A stretch of 63,989 nucleotides of DNA, the filler included, from Porpidia crustulata (lineage: Eukaryota): NCBI GenBank assembly GCA_964255105.1. It is 5 parts of 5 records of this genome, joined end to end, with 100 filler letters (N's around TTAATTAATTAA, not from the genome) between each part and the next. Parts side by side here need not be neighbours in the genome. Positions count along the whole stretch, not along the records: positions 12,878 to 25,653 come from CAXUWE010000486.1; positions 25,754 to 38,526 come from CAXUWE010000487.1; 3 more parts are not named here. One strand, given 5' to 3'. The notes below the pieces were generated by a model, which ran no database searches, was not told the origin of the DNA, and was given only the letters and a program-made list of their open reading frames with translations. Shown here one piece after another: positions 22,929 through 36,889 of the stretch; the first letter of the stretch is position 1, and every line of letters starts with the position of its first letter. Both the position numbers and the translations under genes were made by a program.

Positions 22929-24983
22929 ATGGCGTTAAGTCTCATCATTCTAGCCACTTTGGCAATTGAAGGGCTGGCCTTCAAATTTCCCTCTTCAGTC
23001 AAAATACCCCCGGAGGATGGCGCTATCACGGATCTGACAGCTCTGGTACGACCATCGCTGAGCGAAAGGTCTGGCGTCTACTCGGACGCACTACTGATTC
23101 TTACCTCGATGCAAGCATCGCCGTCTTGCCACCGGCTTGCAGCATCTAAGCTTTTGAATTCGTGTCAGTCCATTGAAGGGTCTTCTTCTACAATTGAGCA
23201 TTCCCTCGATGATATCAAGTCCACATACGCTGCCCAGCTTGCCATGTGCGAGATTATCAGTGCAGGTTCTGCAGTGCCTCAGCAATGCAAGCCATTGACC
23301 CCGGAATATGAGACAAGTCGTCGACGAGGAGTGTCGAGAGCTGTAGGCGGAGGACGTCAAACATCTGGCCCTGGCCCTAGCCACGAATATCTAAGCCAAT
23401 GTCTGCAGGCTTTGGAGTCCAGGCCACAATGGTGGACAAGTTACAGTAACAGTAGACAGAATGCAGTGGTAATGTGCCGAGCGTCGAGGGTGGAGATCGA
23501 GAAAGGTAAGTATGCTGGTTTCTCATTGAATGAGGTCTAATTATATAATAGACGATCTCATTAAACTGCACAAATCCGTGGTTGAGACAGACTCCGATGT
23601 GAATTTGGCATTATCGAAGGCTCTAGAAGAAGCAAACGCTCAGCTGCAGCAGCAGCAACAATTCGCAGTTGCCTTGAGAAAGTTCCAAGAACAGCTGCTA
23701 CAGGACCTCAATGCTTCCGGTATGGAAGCGCAATCATATTTTCAGAAAATGGTGAAGAGCATGGAAACAGCTGTCCAGAATTTACTGGGTCGACTTTCAA
23801 AGGCTAGCAAGGAGGCCGAAATTGCCGTCATGGGACTGAGTAAAGTGAGTTCAAAGTGATTTTATGGCGCCTACCCTCTTGCGCTGACAAATTGAAGAAT
23901 TTGCAGCAGTCCAACGCCGAAGCTATCGACCTTCAGCAGAATGTTGAGAGAGTCTTTCAGGAGGTTACGCAAGGAAGTAAAGAGCTAGCTGCCTTGCAAA
24001 CAGAACAATGGGATGTCAGTCACGACCTTGCAGCTAGAGTGCAAAGCTCGCTGGAAAGTATGAGAGGAAATGAAGTCAATGCGCTTCTTGGAGCCTTTGG
24101 AGCGATCCATAGCCAACTCGTACGCACCAAAGCTTCCCTTGACTCTCAGAGATAGACTGAATGAATCTAGCAAATATCCAATCAGCTGGTCTCACAAATG
24201 TACTTTAGGCAGGACGAATTGGACCAGGTGAATGCTATAAGTCCAATAATTGAAGTTCATACTGAAAAGCTTCTAGCGTCTTGTCAGCCTTGATCAATCG
24301 TTCGCTGGGCTTGAGACTAAAGCGCAAGCGTTCCACACTGCTCAGACTCTTCAGGCGGAGAGTCAGACTAGACTCCACGACCAAATGCAGGTTGAGATGC
24401 ATGTGACGCGCGGTCTGCTCGCCGATGTGACCTCGAGCGCTGTAAGCCTTCAAGCAGCTGTGGACAGCACGTCTACCAGAATTGCTCACATGGCGACACT
24501 TGGGGGCTTATCCGCTAGAGTCGTACAGTGGAGCTGGCTCATCTTGATCATCTTGATATTCTACCAGTTCAGCCCCAAGGCTGCGAGATATATGATGGCC
24601 GCCACTGGTAAGCCTCTCTCGACTCCTTCGGTTATAGTCATTTCAGTCGGATGTCGTAGTCAGCATTTGAAAAGCTGGACACCTGACTGATTTTGCGAAC
24701 CATAGGTACCCTCCTACTCTACTCCATTTCCGGTAACCTGTCGCCGTTCAGTAGTATATATTCGGATACAGTCCTTGTTCACTACGCTTCCGGCTACCAG
24801 ATACCAGCACAAACATTAGTGAAAGCCGCCATCATCTTCGGCCTTTTCATGATCGCCGCTGCCATCTACCGTTTACGCACACGTTTTAGCAAGATCACGA
24901 GACCCCATTTCAAACTTTCCTCCGATCTACCTTTCTGCGGCATCAGAGCTCCCGGTCGAAGATTCCGAGCGTGGCAATTCTAG
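22929..24983 (+). CDS. KAR5: Nuclear membrane fusion protein Kar5/Tht1-like, multi-exon
   Basis: Signal peptide, Cys-rich domain (SPSCHRLA..LLNSC, YAAQLAMCEI, CLQALESRPQWWTSYSNSRQNAVVMC), coiled-coil exons and C-terminal transmembrane segments. The C-terminal exon structure is approximate. Confidence 0.8.
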
Positions 24984-25530
24984 ACATTTTTCGAGAATTG
25001 AAGAACGGAGTCACCCCGGAAGAGTCGACGTAGCACCTTGCCCAAACAGAAGCCTTGCAGATTACGAACAATAAATTTATCTTGCAACATCTTATTCAGC
25101 ACTCTATCGCTCCCATCGAATTTCGAACATTTATAGCATATGTCTACGCTTTACGCTTCGCGCTGTACATTTAACGAATACCATTTCATGTCCAACGCAA
25201 CGACAGCGCATCCCCTAGACGTACCGAGACCGTCAGCCACGATCCCAGCATCATTTACTTACCCCCCTCAACCTCCGCAACGTTCACAACAGGCGAGAGT
25301 GTTCACAGCGGTATGTCGTGCAAAGCCCCTCGAATTGCATCCACGAGAAGATGGCCGCAAACCGGCAGGATGAATTTCTACGACAATTTTTCCGGCTTTG
25401 AAACTACATCTTTGTCTTTGTCCTTTGTCGTTTTCCCTAAATTTTTGTTGCTTTGACTGCTTTTTCTGCCGATGGATGATGCGGCCGCATGGCACGGCTG
25501 GGTTGTTCGTACTTTTATAGCTTAGCTATT

Positions 25531-25566
25531 TATGAAAATATGAAAATATGAAAATATGAAAATATG
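25531..25566. repeat. Tandem repeat (TATGAAAA)x4.5
   Basis: Read directly from the sequence. Confidence 0.9.
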
Positions 25567-25653
25567 TTGAGATATATGATGGGCTGACTTAGGATGAAAA
25601 GAGTTGTGGATTGAGTCGGTCTAGCTACGTGTCTATATATCGGAGGTCAGGTG

Positions 25654-25753
25654 NNNNNNNNNNNNNNNNNNNNNNNNNNNNNNNNNNNNNNNNNNNNTTA
25701 ATTAATTAANNNNNNNNNNNNNNNNNNNNNNNNNNNNNNNNNNNNNNNNNNNN
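25654..25753. other. Artificial contig spacer
   Basis: N44-TTAATTAATTAA-N44. Confidence 0.98.
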
Positions 25754-25989
25754 GGTTGGGAGGGAGCGGTTGCCGGCGTGTGTGGCGAGGCCGTTGGTGA
25801 GGGTGGCGGAGATGTGAGTCTGTTTGGGGGGTGGTTTCCCTTTTCGTTGTCCTTTGGTCCCTGCGATAATTTTGTTGCTGGTTCCCATTTCGGAGGCGGA
25901 TTTCTCTTGACATTCTAGTTATTGGCCTTCTGGCCTCTTTTCTTATCAAAAAAACTTATTCGACTCACACACCCCCTTTTCCCCCACAG

Positions 25990-27179
25990 CTCCGGCTTCA
26001 AGCCCTTCCTCGAATACGCCGGCGCCTACGCCCTCTTCAACTATCGCCTCGCCTCCCCTGACCTCGGCACCACCTACGCCAACCTCCGCCTGATCCGCGC
26101 CTTCGAACAAGGCCTCGACCCGGCCAGCTCCGAGGCCGGCTTCGTCCTCGTGCATATTGACATGGTCCGGCATTCGGGGCGGCTGGTCCGTGGCGCCGTG
26201 GACGCGCTCACTGGCTGCGGCGAGGGGGATCGGGGGAGATTCAACGCAGGGTTGGAGATGGTGGAGGCGGCGATGCGAGAGGTGAATCGGGGAATGGAGG
26301 GTGAGTTTTGAGAATTCCTGTGTTCATGTGGATGGAGGGCGGGAGGTTTGTGGTGAGAGATGGATGAAATTGACATTTTTCGGCGAGGGATGTGGAGGAA
26401 GAGTCGGCCGGCGGATTACAATGGGTTTCGCACGTTCATCTTTGGGATTACGAGCCAGTCGATGTTTCCGCGTGGCGTGGTGTATGAGGGCGTGAGCGAG
26501 GAGCCCATGTTTTTCCGGGGGGAGAGCGGTGCCAACGATAGCATGGTAATAATCTCTTTCTGAAGTTATCTATTCATTGATACCAGTCCTAAAAAAATCT
26601 AAAGATCCCGCTGTGCGACAATCTCCTGGAGATCAAGATGCCAGACACCCCTCTGACCGAGATCCTGAAAGATTTCCGGTCCTATCGTCCGGGAAACCAT
26701 CGGGAGTTTCTGGAGTGGGTCAAGAACAGAGCCAGTGACATTGGCGTGTATCAATACGCTTTGCAAGACAGAGCTTCTGCCGGTATAAATCATCTCGTTC
26801 GAGAGCTTCTCCGCATAATGCGTCTGACCTGTCTTCACGCCTAGTGCTTTACCTGTGTTGCCTGAACCAGGTCCGCGAATTTCGTTTCCGCCATTGGTGC
26901 TTCACCAGAGAGTATATCTTGAAGAGATCGGCTCATCCCACGGCCACGGGCGGAAGTCCAATCGTTCTGGTAAGCTCCAGATCAAAACCGTTGGTCCTTG
27001 ATTTTGATCTTCTCCAGTGGCTTCCAAACCAACTATTCAGCGTATACGCGCAGATGATGGAGGTGGAGGAGGCTTATGGCGGTCTGCCCAATTGTCAGGG
27101 CATGCTAGATTTGGTCCGCAGCCAGCAGGAAACCCTGCAGAAGGAAGTCCAGAAATATTGCGCGGAGCGAGGAAATTGA
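25990..27179 (+). CDS. Indoleamine 2,3-dioxygenase family protein (fungal IDO-gamma-like), 5' end missing
   Basis: SEAGFVLVHIDMV, YNGFRTFIFGI, FRGESGANDSM, DFRSYRP..H, FRFRHW...REYI and TATGGSPI..WLPNQL across several exons. Confidence 0.88.
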
Positions 27180-27303
27180 ACGAGACTTTTTTGTTCGCTG
27201 TCCGGCCCTTGCTCTGGTGGAGGATGAATTTGTCGGTTCCTTGCCAAATCTTGTAATCGCAATATGAGCCAGAATTCGGCTCTCAAACAATGATGGTCCT
27301 AGT

Positions 27304-29210
27304 CTAATGCATTAACCTCAGCCTCTTGCTCCCGCGCGACAGATCTGGAAAGTTGAAATCGACGATGATGCCTTTCGCTCTCGCATACTCAATGGCGTCC
27401 GAGCTTACATGGTCGCAGTGATTGAGTACAAGATGTTCCATCTTGCTTTCAGGTTTCAAGACAATAGCCTTCACGCCAACCCCTGTGATGTGGTTGTTTT
27501 CAAGGGCCATGTATCGGAGGCACGGTAACTGTGCGATGAGAGTCTCCATATTTCGGTCATCAATCTCAGTGCCTCCCAAATCCAATGAGACCAAATTTTT
27601 AAAAAACCCAAGTTCAGCAAGTGACATTATCTCTCGAGTTTCGAAAAGCCACCCATTAGGGACGTGTAGTTCCTCAAGGTTTCCTTTATTTGGCTTGAGC
27701 AGAGTCGGTAAAGCGTCTTGCCCTAGAGCATAGACGCCCCCTACAATAAGGCTGGTTAGATGGACAAGCTTGTTTTGCTGGATATTAGTCTGACTCTCGT
27801 TGCTGCTGAATGAGTAATTGGAGCAGTTGCGCATGACTAACTTCTGCAATGAATTTGGCAAGAGAGGGAATTCCGGTACAGTCGTGTCGGAAATATCAAG
27901 GACTTGGAGTTCTTCTAAGCAGGAGAAAGCCGGTAACGACGACCACGAGTGGGTCCATCCTTGGAGTGTCAAGTCGCGGATCTTTGGAATCCTATCAAGG
28001 AGGGAAGACTGAGTATCTAGAATTAGTAAGAGTTTCGGGATCAGGATTTGGAACATACTGTGTGTAATAGTTGTCCTTTGCGAGCAGGTTTGAGCGTCAA
28101 CTTTTGAATACCCTTCATATCACTGGCCCAAAGATTTCTAGAGCGACCTTGACTAATGGAACGAAACTCCGCACGTTTCAACTTGCTGCATCGTACAAGT
28201 ATCAGGCTTACAATATCCATAGCGATGTCCCAGCCTTCAGTCATGACAAGAGCCGTCAAATTTTTGGCGAAAGGCACAACTTCTAGCAGCAAGGCTGCGC
28301 CAAAACCAGTGGAAACAACAAGACTGGTCAAATTCTTGCAGTGCGTCGTAACATATTTGAGTACACCCCTCTTCTGATGTTTGAATTGATGAAGTGTAGC
28401 GTGCGTGATATGTCCTCGGGAACACTTGATATATGATTGCACAGCGCCCATTGCCACTGGCCTTGCAGCCATCGAGAAATCCAGGTTGGTCCACAAGGCT
28501 GGTGAACTCTCCAGATATTGGCGCCATAACTTCGAGACGCGGAGCAATGATCTAGCAACATCTCAGCAAATTCGGGTAGCATTTCGCAGGCAGCCACACT
28601 TACACAACTTGACGGAAATTCAACTGCTTCATGATCATGTCTGCAAGCTCGAGCGGTAAGACTGCTAGAGGATCAACTGATCTAGGAGGTGAACATCGTC
28701 TTGACAGCTTTTTCTGCATTCCTTGTAATAACTGCTCAATCACTTTAGAAGGTAACCTCACTTCCACTGCACCGTTCGACTTACCTTGAGATGTGGGTCG
28801 TCGGGGGGCACATTTTGGATGCCATACTTGTAAATACTCAAAGCTACCTCGTCCTTGCCAAGTAGTTGCAGCACTTTGCCTGACCTGAGGTATCCCTGAA
28901 GCGTATCAGTCGCCGGTCCCATGCACTGAATCTGATGGTTTTACCAGACAATTGATTTTCTCTTCCTGTATCATGAGCTTACCATCCCGTAAAGCAGCCT
29001 GCAGATTTCCAAGTTTGGTGTAAGCCGCGGCCCGATTGTCAAGGGTATCAATGTTGTATTTGCCTCCTTGAGCAATGGCCTTCATCAAAGTCAACACGAT
29101 CTGCCGGACTTTTGGGATGGACATACTCTGTTGAAGCATTCAAGCGCCTCTTCGTACTGCTTCTGACGGTACAGCGCCTGACCATGTCTCCGCATGTCCT
29201 CTGAAGTCAT
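27304..29210 (-). CDS. TPR + F-box + LRR protein (Pof3/Dia2-like SCF substrate adaptor)
   Basis: N-terminal TPR (GQALYRQKQYEEAL, LDNRAAAYTKL, GYLR), F-box (DPLAVLPLELA..LRVSKLW) and C-terminal LRRs. Confidence 0.85.
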
Positions 29211-29363
29211 TGTCTCTCGCAATTGTGATCATGTGTGGTTTTATCAGACCAAGGAGACGCGAATTGTCTGTGCGTACCTAGATGAGAACGCGCCCAATTC
29301 GCGATAGCTTCAACGCAGTTACGAGACCACGTGCGGGTGGAGGGGCTCTCACAAAAAGCTACG

Positions 29364-29460
29364 TACTTAATCTCACCCCTCAACGGACCAAAAAATCTAG
29401 GGTTAGGGTTGTATCTATTGATTTTGTTTAGGATGGTCCGTTGAGGGGTGAGAACGAGTA
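29364..29460. mobile_element. Telomere-loop hairpin element, family A
   Basis: 27-bp arms 29364-29390 and 29434-29460 match at 24/27 positions (inner 20 perfect). Loop TAGGGTTAGGGTTGTATCTATTGATTTTG. About 150 bp upstream of the F-box gene ATG. Confidence 0.8.
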
Positions 29461-31109
29461 TTTAAATTATGACGTTCTGTGGTTCTGTAGCTTTACCGTT
29501 GGCTAATTGCCTGACATGATTCTCGCTGAAGCAATAGATAAACGCTGACCCCTAGAAATTTGCTCCTTCTGGTCCACTTTTGCAGCGGTCTTTAGCAGTC
29601 GTACTCTCTGCTCTTCGTGGACAAAAGACCACTATGGCTGCAATGCTTGAGTTCCGAATTTGGTACCCGGAAGGTCTTTCGACTCGAGGATTCAATCCAC
29701 ACCGTCCCCCACTTCGTTTCACAGGTAGCGAGTTTCGCTATATGTAGTCAATTAGATGCACCGATCTTCTGTCGTTGTGAGAGGATCGATTTTTCAGCGG
29801 GAAGACTAAAGGCTTTGCTTCAGAAAATATCGATTTAGAGATAAAATCGATTGTCTGTTCATCCTTTGAACAGCGCTTTGCCTGAAGGCTTGATACTATT
29901 TGTAAACTTTGAGGTGACGTTAGCAGCAGTAGTTCTGTGAGTCCCACGGATACTCATCATGAGGTGAAGCGACAATCCACGGGTTGAGGTCGATATACAG
30001 GATGATCGAATCTGGATGGAGGGTGGTACTGCGACGTCAAGCGAATCTGATATACTCTACATCATTTATGAAAATACAGCTTAACGAGCGGAAACGAACT
30101 GCTTTAAGGCGCAACATCTATGGTGCTGTAAATTTTGAAAGTAGAAGCAACCGAAGAAGACCGGCTACTTTATTTCTCTCAGCTCCATGTGTAGCACTGA
30201 GCTGTATGAGATGGACCCGGAGCGACATGAGACGACATTTAACCCACCAGCTTCGAATGACTTCTTGCGAGGATGCTGTATGCTGCATATTGTCCTGGTT
30301 TACAATTAACCAAAAGGAAAGTCAGTGAGCAAGGCGAATAATGAGTACCTCAAGCTTTCTCTTTCCGTGACAGGAGTGTCACTAGTGGTCCAATGTTCCC
30401 CAACGCCATGTTTTTCTGGATTGAGATCTCCTAGCGATGCAGCCCTTCGCTTTTGCGCTCTCGACTGTTTACATGGCGGCTGCCGCACGCTGACGGAAGT
30501 CTCTATGGCAGGTAAGTGGAGTAGCTAATGAGTAATCGAGTCGTCAGACATTTGGCGACAGGGGTAAGATTTCAGATGCACAAAAGGTTCATTCATGTGG
30601 TGAACGAAGACTTCGTGAGATAATGTAAACGATCGAGTCTTGTTATCAACCAAGCCAGATAACGACATTCTCCATGAACGAGTCCCAGACGGAAGAAAGA
30701 TGATGCGCTACTCATGTACCTGGTGCCTCTGGCCATACCTTATTACAGTAAGCCTCGTTCTGATGAGGTCTCTAATCAATACTCGTTTGCTACTGCGCAC
30801 TTCAAGCCCTATTTACTTCAATCTCAATGCCATCTAAGTACATTATCAACGCGCACCTCATCGCTATCAAATTTGAGAGGAGACCCACCAAGAAAACCGT
30901 GTAAAGCGCCATTGAAGGAATCCCTCCAGCCGGTTTCCCATGCTCATCCCCGCCCCTTATCCATAAAATGTGCGCCACGAGGAAACTGGAGCGGAAACTT
31001 CGGAAGACAAGACACCGGGAAAAACTCCGCTGGATCGTTCCCTTAGCTAAGTTTGAAGTATGTAATCCGCGATTCACTCAATAAAGAAAAGATATTGGCG
31101 CGGGCTAGG

Positions 31110-33409
31110 TCATCTGAGAAAATCGTTGCACACATTGATGAAAGCTCCCGCACCACCCTCTTCGCTAATATCGCTGACAAGGACTTCTGTCTGTTGGTAT
31201 AAACGTTCGATTGCGGCGGAGGAGGATTTTCCTAGTGAGACTGCTCATTTGTTAGCACTCATGGCGCCGCAGCTGGTGCGAGGGCTAACCTAGAATGGCA
31301 GAATTTAATTCCTCCGCCACCGGCACCCTCCCAGCCTGATCCAGCAAGTGTGCGGTAGGACTCTTTCTGGGATCCTCATATGCGAACATTGAGAAAATGT
31401 CTCGAAAAGCATTCTCAACGCTTTTGCTGTGATCATTTCTGAACTCATGTTTGAGTTCACGGCCGTAGCTCAGGGTCAAATCAATAAGACCTTGGTATTT
31501 TAGCCCACTGTCAATTTCTTCGGTTTCCATCTTGTCCCAGTCATCGGCGCTATTCATTTGTTCATCAATATCCATTTCAGGCTCGAAATCGTCATCTGAG
31601 GCCGCTATTGAATGGCCATTCATGGATTTTGGTTGCTTGGAAGTAGAACCGTCAAGGATTTCTGTACCTTGGCGGATCATTTCCACAAATTTGCGGCAGC
31701 GAAGGCGGAAATATATTGGCCGGTTGTCATCCAACACATGCGGGTAATATACATTCGAAAGCTTTAAAGCTCTGTCGATATCTCCGTCGAGTATGGCTGC
31801 TCGTATCCCTACCCAAAAATGAACCTTGAAAACTTCTTTAGTCATGAAGGTGTAAAGGGAGACATACGCTGACGATTTACTGCATCAGTATCTTCCTCAA
31901 TGGCAAGACTGTCAGAAGAAGCATCGGGGGCATTTCTAAGAGCATCAGCCTCGGATTGCACTTCTGCTTTGAATGTCTTTGCTGTTTCGACATAGCCGTC
32001 GTGTGCGAGGAATTGTGCTACAAGCTCCTTCACCAAAGAAGATTCGTCCAGACGAGGATATAGATTTGATACATTCGTCTTGTTAATATTCTCTTCGATA
32101 CTCGACTTCTCTCGCTGCCAAAGATTAGTAATATGTTTGTTTTATGGATTTGCGAACGTACAGCTACCATGCCATCTATATCAAAGACAAACGGGGTCTG
32201 ACCAAAATTGACGCTCAGATGTGCCTGAGGTCGCTTCATGCCCACTGAAGGATATAGACTGACGTCCTTGAGATCGCGGAAAGCGTTACCTGATCGTGAT
32301 TAGACCAAGCTTCAATTTTCAATAGGATCCTCCTAACCTTGGAAAACTCCGTTCTTTGTAAAAAACGCACATCCTGTCATAAAATTGACGCCACAGCCTA
32401 TAATATCCCCGGTAGTAAAAGTAGGTCCATAGGTCTTTCCAGTGCTTTGACAGCAGAAAGACTTCCCATCATCACCATGGTACGCCCAGCTCTCGGGTTC
32501 CCAGCCAGGAAACTTTTCTAGCGAGGCTTTCAGTCCGGAAAAGCCAATTCCAATCATGCTGCCTAGAATTAGTCACTACGTACATCAAGGAAAACGCGTG
32601 TCCTACCCTTCTTTGCCTTTGGAAATAATGGTGACCTCGAAATAATAGATGCCACATTGTGGCGGCATCGGGCGGTCCGCTCGAGCAGCAGCGGCTTCAT
32701 GATCGTGCAACTTTGAAGATCCAACATATTTCACATCGAGACCACCTGAGGCTATTTCCAGACCACCATGTTTATCTACTTCTGCCCATTTCGACGGTAG
32801 TGGTGCTAGGTCACCATCTTCCATAGCCGGTCCACGTTCTATTATCTCATACGTCATGCCACGGTGAGAAGGTGCCAATTTATGCAGGCTTACACTGCTT
32901 GAGCTTGTAGATAATGAATCGGGATTCGATGAGTGGGCGGAAGACGCTTCCCGTTCAGACGCCAGCTTGGCCTTGTGAGCAGCCTCAAGTCTTTCCATGT
33001 ATTTCGACTCTCGAAGGTATGTTGGTTTGAAAAACCCATGGGTATCCATGCTTCCAATACCCCCCCAAGCATACCTTTGGTTGAGACTGTAGTGACTTGG
33101 ATATTGGGCACCTCCTCCTCTTCCCCAAGAATCAGGTATACTGATACCCTCTTCAGCCAGGTTGTCTGTATCGCCCATAGATAACGGTCTCCGGAAATGT
33201 GGATCGGCTGAGGTACTCTGAGGATTGCCGGAGGGGGAAGCATTCGGATTCATCAGATATGAAAATGTTCCTGATCGACCAGGTCCAGGCTGGTTATGAG
33301 TACCAGCAGCCACTGATGCATAAGAAGTTCGACGTGGCATTACTCCAGAGGGACTAGAATAGGATACCTGCGAGGCTCCTAGGGAGCCTTGGGGAACAGC
33401 GTTGGTCAT
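31110..33409 (-). CDS. SPRY-LisH-CTLH-CRA protein (RanBPM/Vid30-like GID/CTLH complex subunit), multi-exon
   Basis: SPRY (CGIYYFEV, PGWEPESWAYHGDDG, VNFGQTPF), LisH (LVAQFLAHDGYVETA), CTLH (IRAAILDGDIDRAL, FRLRCRKFVEM) and CRA (RVPVAEELNSAIL). Confidence 0.9.
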
Positions 33410-34210
33410 GGCACACCCAGGTGCTTTCGAGATGACTCCAAAGACCGAGCTTTCCTCAGATCTTTACACCCTTCAAAGCGAAACCCAGCAACGAACACGA
33501 GATACTCGCGGCTTCAAAGGCAAAGCAATCACTGAAAGCGGTGGGAGACTCTGTCCAGTATTTAGACGGTTACCCGGACATGAAGGCGCCGACATGGTAC
33601 GAAGTTGACATCTTGTCAGTCCTTGAACGGGAGCTGCCTCATGAGATTTGGAAGTAGACTGGGAGGAACTTCTGTGTCCTAGTTGAATTGAGATGGGTAC
33701 CTAGGCATGCCTTGTCGACTTGTGGTTGGATGTGATGTGATGTGACCCGCCTCGCTACGCCCGCCCCGCATCTAAAGCATGTCATACGATTCAAATATCT
33801 ACTTATGGAATTCCATCTTCAACTGTTTTGAAAGCAGGGATAGCTGAAATGAAAGGTTTTATCAAGGTAGAGATTCGTTGCATTTCAATATCTGTGCAAC
33901 CAGACTTTCCACATAGCTACCACGTGATGTCAGGACGAGGTTTCATCCTGTAATCCATTTCATATTGTAATAGCTACCCCTATCCCGGCTCTGACTATCT
34001 TGCACATCGGTGGAATGCCTCAAAGCTGGAAACAAGAAGAGCAGATGTGTATAGACTCTAACACCATCTCAAAATCAAATCTATCGGGAAACTTCCAAGG
34101 TAATCATCCTGACCAGAACTTGACGACAGTAAGACACAACGCCACGCTAAAGTCTTGCAATGCTATGAAAACGACACGACGATGGTACAGCATAATTCGG
34201 GTGGTCCTCC

Positions 34211-35137
34211 TCATGCAGATATGGCGATAGCGGGAATAGGGGAGCTAGCAGTAACTGGGAGGTCAACTTCGCGGCTGTGACTCTTTTCGCTGCCGATGTT
34301 ACTGCTGCCATTGTTATTTTCCTTGCCTTGGCTGGTGGATTCGGGCAAGCTGGACTGCTCGGTGCCAGGTTCTAATTCGGCCTTTCTAGTCCTTGGAGCT
34401 CGCCATGTGCTTATTTCCCAGCCCACGCCGGTGAACGTCTTGACAGAGAATCCCGACTTCTTCCATTTCTTACAAGGTTTGCCAGTTCTATCGAGGGCGC
34501 GTAGTCCAGCATTTATTGCGCCTTGATTAGCCTTGGGACCAAGCTTGTGGGTGGGCGCTGGTGCGGTTCCTGGGGTACCTTTGCCTGCAGGATCACCAAT
34601 GCTATCGGTACCATTATCTCTGACATACACGTTAGTCATCTGGCTTAGAAAGTCAATAAGATTCATGATTGCTTACAATTTTGCTTTCTTCTTTGGCCCT
34701 GGTCTCGCCCGAGATTTCGCCCCTCCTTCGACTCCCGCTCCAAGTTCTCGTTTCGTACCTGTCTTAGAATCGGGCAGCTCCTTCTGAGCACCGTCCGCCG
34801 CCGGTGATGAATGGACGCTGGGTATGTTTGGTACAGGCGTAGCAACCGCTTTAGCTTTCGGCTCCAATTTAGTCTCCGCTTTCGTCACGGTTGGAATTAT
34901 TTGCTCAACAGGAGCAATGGGCTTTGGTATCAAGGGCGGGGCCTTTGTTGGCATAGCTTTGCGTGTGGCTGGCTCATGGGGGAAGCGTGAGAGAACGGGC
35001 GACGGTAGTTTTAATCGTACAATTTTAGTAGGCTTTGATGGCCTACTACTCCGAGTAGTAGATGTCGGGATCGAAACCTTTGACAAAGAACTTGATGCTC
35101 GACGAGGTGGATTTGCTGATTTCGAAGGACCGGCCAT
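34211..35137 (-). CDS. IES4: INO80 chromatin-remodelling complex subunit Ies4-like; one intron
   Basis: KIVRLKL near the N-terminus. KLGPKANQGAINAGLRALDRTGKPCKKW..F.VKTFTGV.W near the C-terminus. Confidence 0.8.
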
Positions 35138-36889
35138 GATCTAACAAGTATCAGCTGCATGTATCGTGTGGGTGCGTTGTACGGACATTTCTGTGAGTGA
35201 ACGTACCGATTTGGTTGTGGACGATGTCTATGGGACGTTGTTGTTGGTTGGTGATGGGGCTGGCTTGTGGTTTTGTTGCAATCGTGCGACCGTGGGACAG
35301 CTGGGTAATTTCGTACAATTCGTCCGCTTGGTGTCCGATACCTTAGTGCTTGAAGCGTCGTGTCATTCCTTCTTGACAATTATTTTATCACGGTCTATAT
35401 TTGTTGGATGGTTTACAGGAAGTGGTGATGATGGGTGTGGCGATCAAGAGAGTTGGAGGATAGGAAGCGTGAAGGCATGGATGATGGTTCAGTTGCAAAT
35501 CATAATAAAGAGAAGCCTTGACCTTAATCCATATGGGGAGACGGCATGTGCGCCAGAGATTATTTGAGTCGCGAAGTCTTGGGCTGGATGCCGCGAATCT
35601 TTCACAATCCTGCTTAGTCATGATGTGTACAGCCCCTTTTCTGAACCACTTGAATCATGTCTTCCCAAGTTGGAATACCGCTGACGTTTCATTTGGATAC
35701 TCTACAAGAGAAAGTGCTGTCAAGTATTACATCTTGCCCATGAAGATTGTACGTTGTTGATTATATTCAATGTATCTTCAAACTATCTATACGATGTCAA
35801 TACTACCATCGGCGAAATGTCAGCTTACTCTTCCCAACCATTCATTCTTGTATCTCACAACTATGGCAGCTTGTTTCGATTCTTTGAGCTTACTCTCTGT
35901 ACAATCTACCGCTTGACATGCTGAGGTCCCGAAACCGACCGTAGCAGTCGGTGGCACATTCAACACGAGGCCGCATCGCTCAGACTGTGTTTGGCAATTG
36001 TCCTCAACGCTTCAAGATATCGCTATCGGTACCTCGAGGCGTGCCCTCCCCACCCCTCTCCAACATTCAGCATACATAGTACGCATCATGAGTCTTATTC
36101 TCTCACGAGGCGATTCTCTGCGCCTGCAAGTATCGATATGGTGCGCTGCTGTCATCATCAGATACGCAGTTTTTAGTGCAACGTCTATTTGATTCCTATA
36201 CCATAGCTCTTCCATCCACAAATTCCGACTCGCATATCTGTACAGGTTCGGTATGGAGCGGTTAATCCAGAGGAGGCCACAACACCGATCAGGTTTCGCT
36301 GTGTGGGGCTGCGGGGTCGACGTGCCTTGATGGCTGTCCCTTGAACGGGTTCCAACACCGAAAAGACTTAGACTGGGGCGACATCAGAAATCCTCATGGC
36401 CGCCTTTCTCTGCATTTCACCAATGAGAATGCAAAAGCGGGATGTTGTTTTTCGGCTGAAGGTTAGGGTTGCGCTCCGGCGGTGCGAGAAAATGCATTGG
36501 GTGGTTGTCGAGGCGCGGGGATCAACTAAGAAACCCCTGCGACGGACACTAAGGCAGTAGAAGGACTCTAGATGGGAGAATGGGACCTGAAACCAATATC
36601 AGCACATCACCTATCACAGCTCATCAGTCTCTATTCCGCCATCACCTTCTTCAACACTGCTCGGGACCGAGCTGAGCGCCAGACTTGGCCATGGCTGCCA
36701 CCTGCTCAGAAGCACGGATGTGGCCCGGAAAAGGGGTGTCCACGAGGTATAAAATTTACATGCTCCTCCTGGATTACTTGGGCTATTATCATTATCCCCG
36801 TTCATTCTTTAGAGCGAGCTCTGCTTTTGGTAGCATTTCATTCATTCACTCCTTTCAAGAAAGCAGGCTTTCTTCTCTTACCAACCGAG

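Noticed and set aside
29470..31080. Short ORFs in the 1.6-kb intergenic stretch
   Set aside because: No recognisable motifs or coherent exon chain, and no tRNA or snRNA structure I can support.
36459..36470. AGGTTAGGGTT upstream of the chitinase
   Set aside because: The repeat is incomplete, with no family-type inverted arms or loop tail around it.
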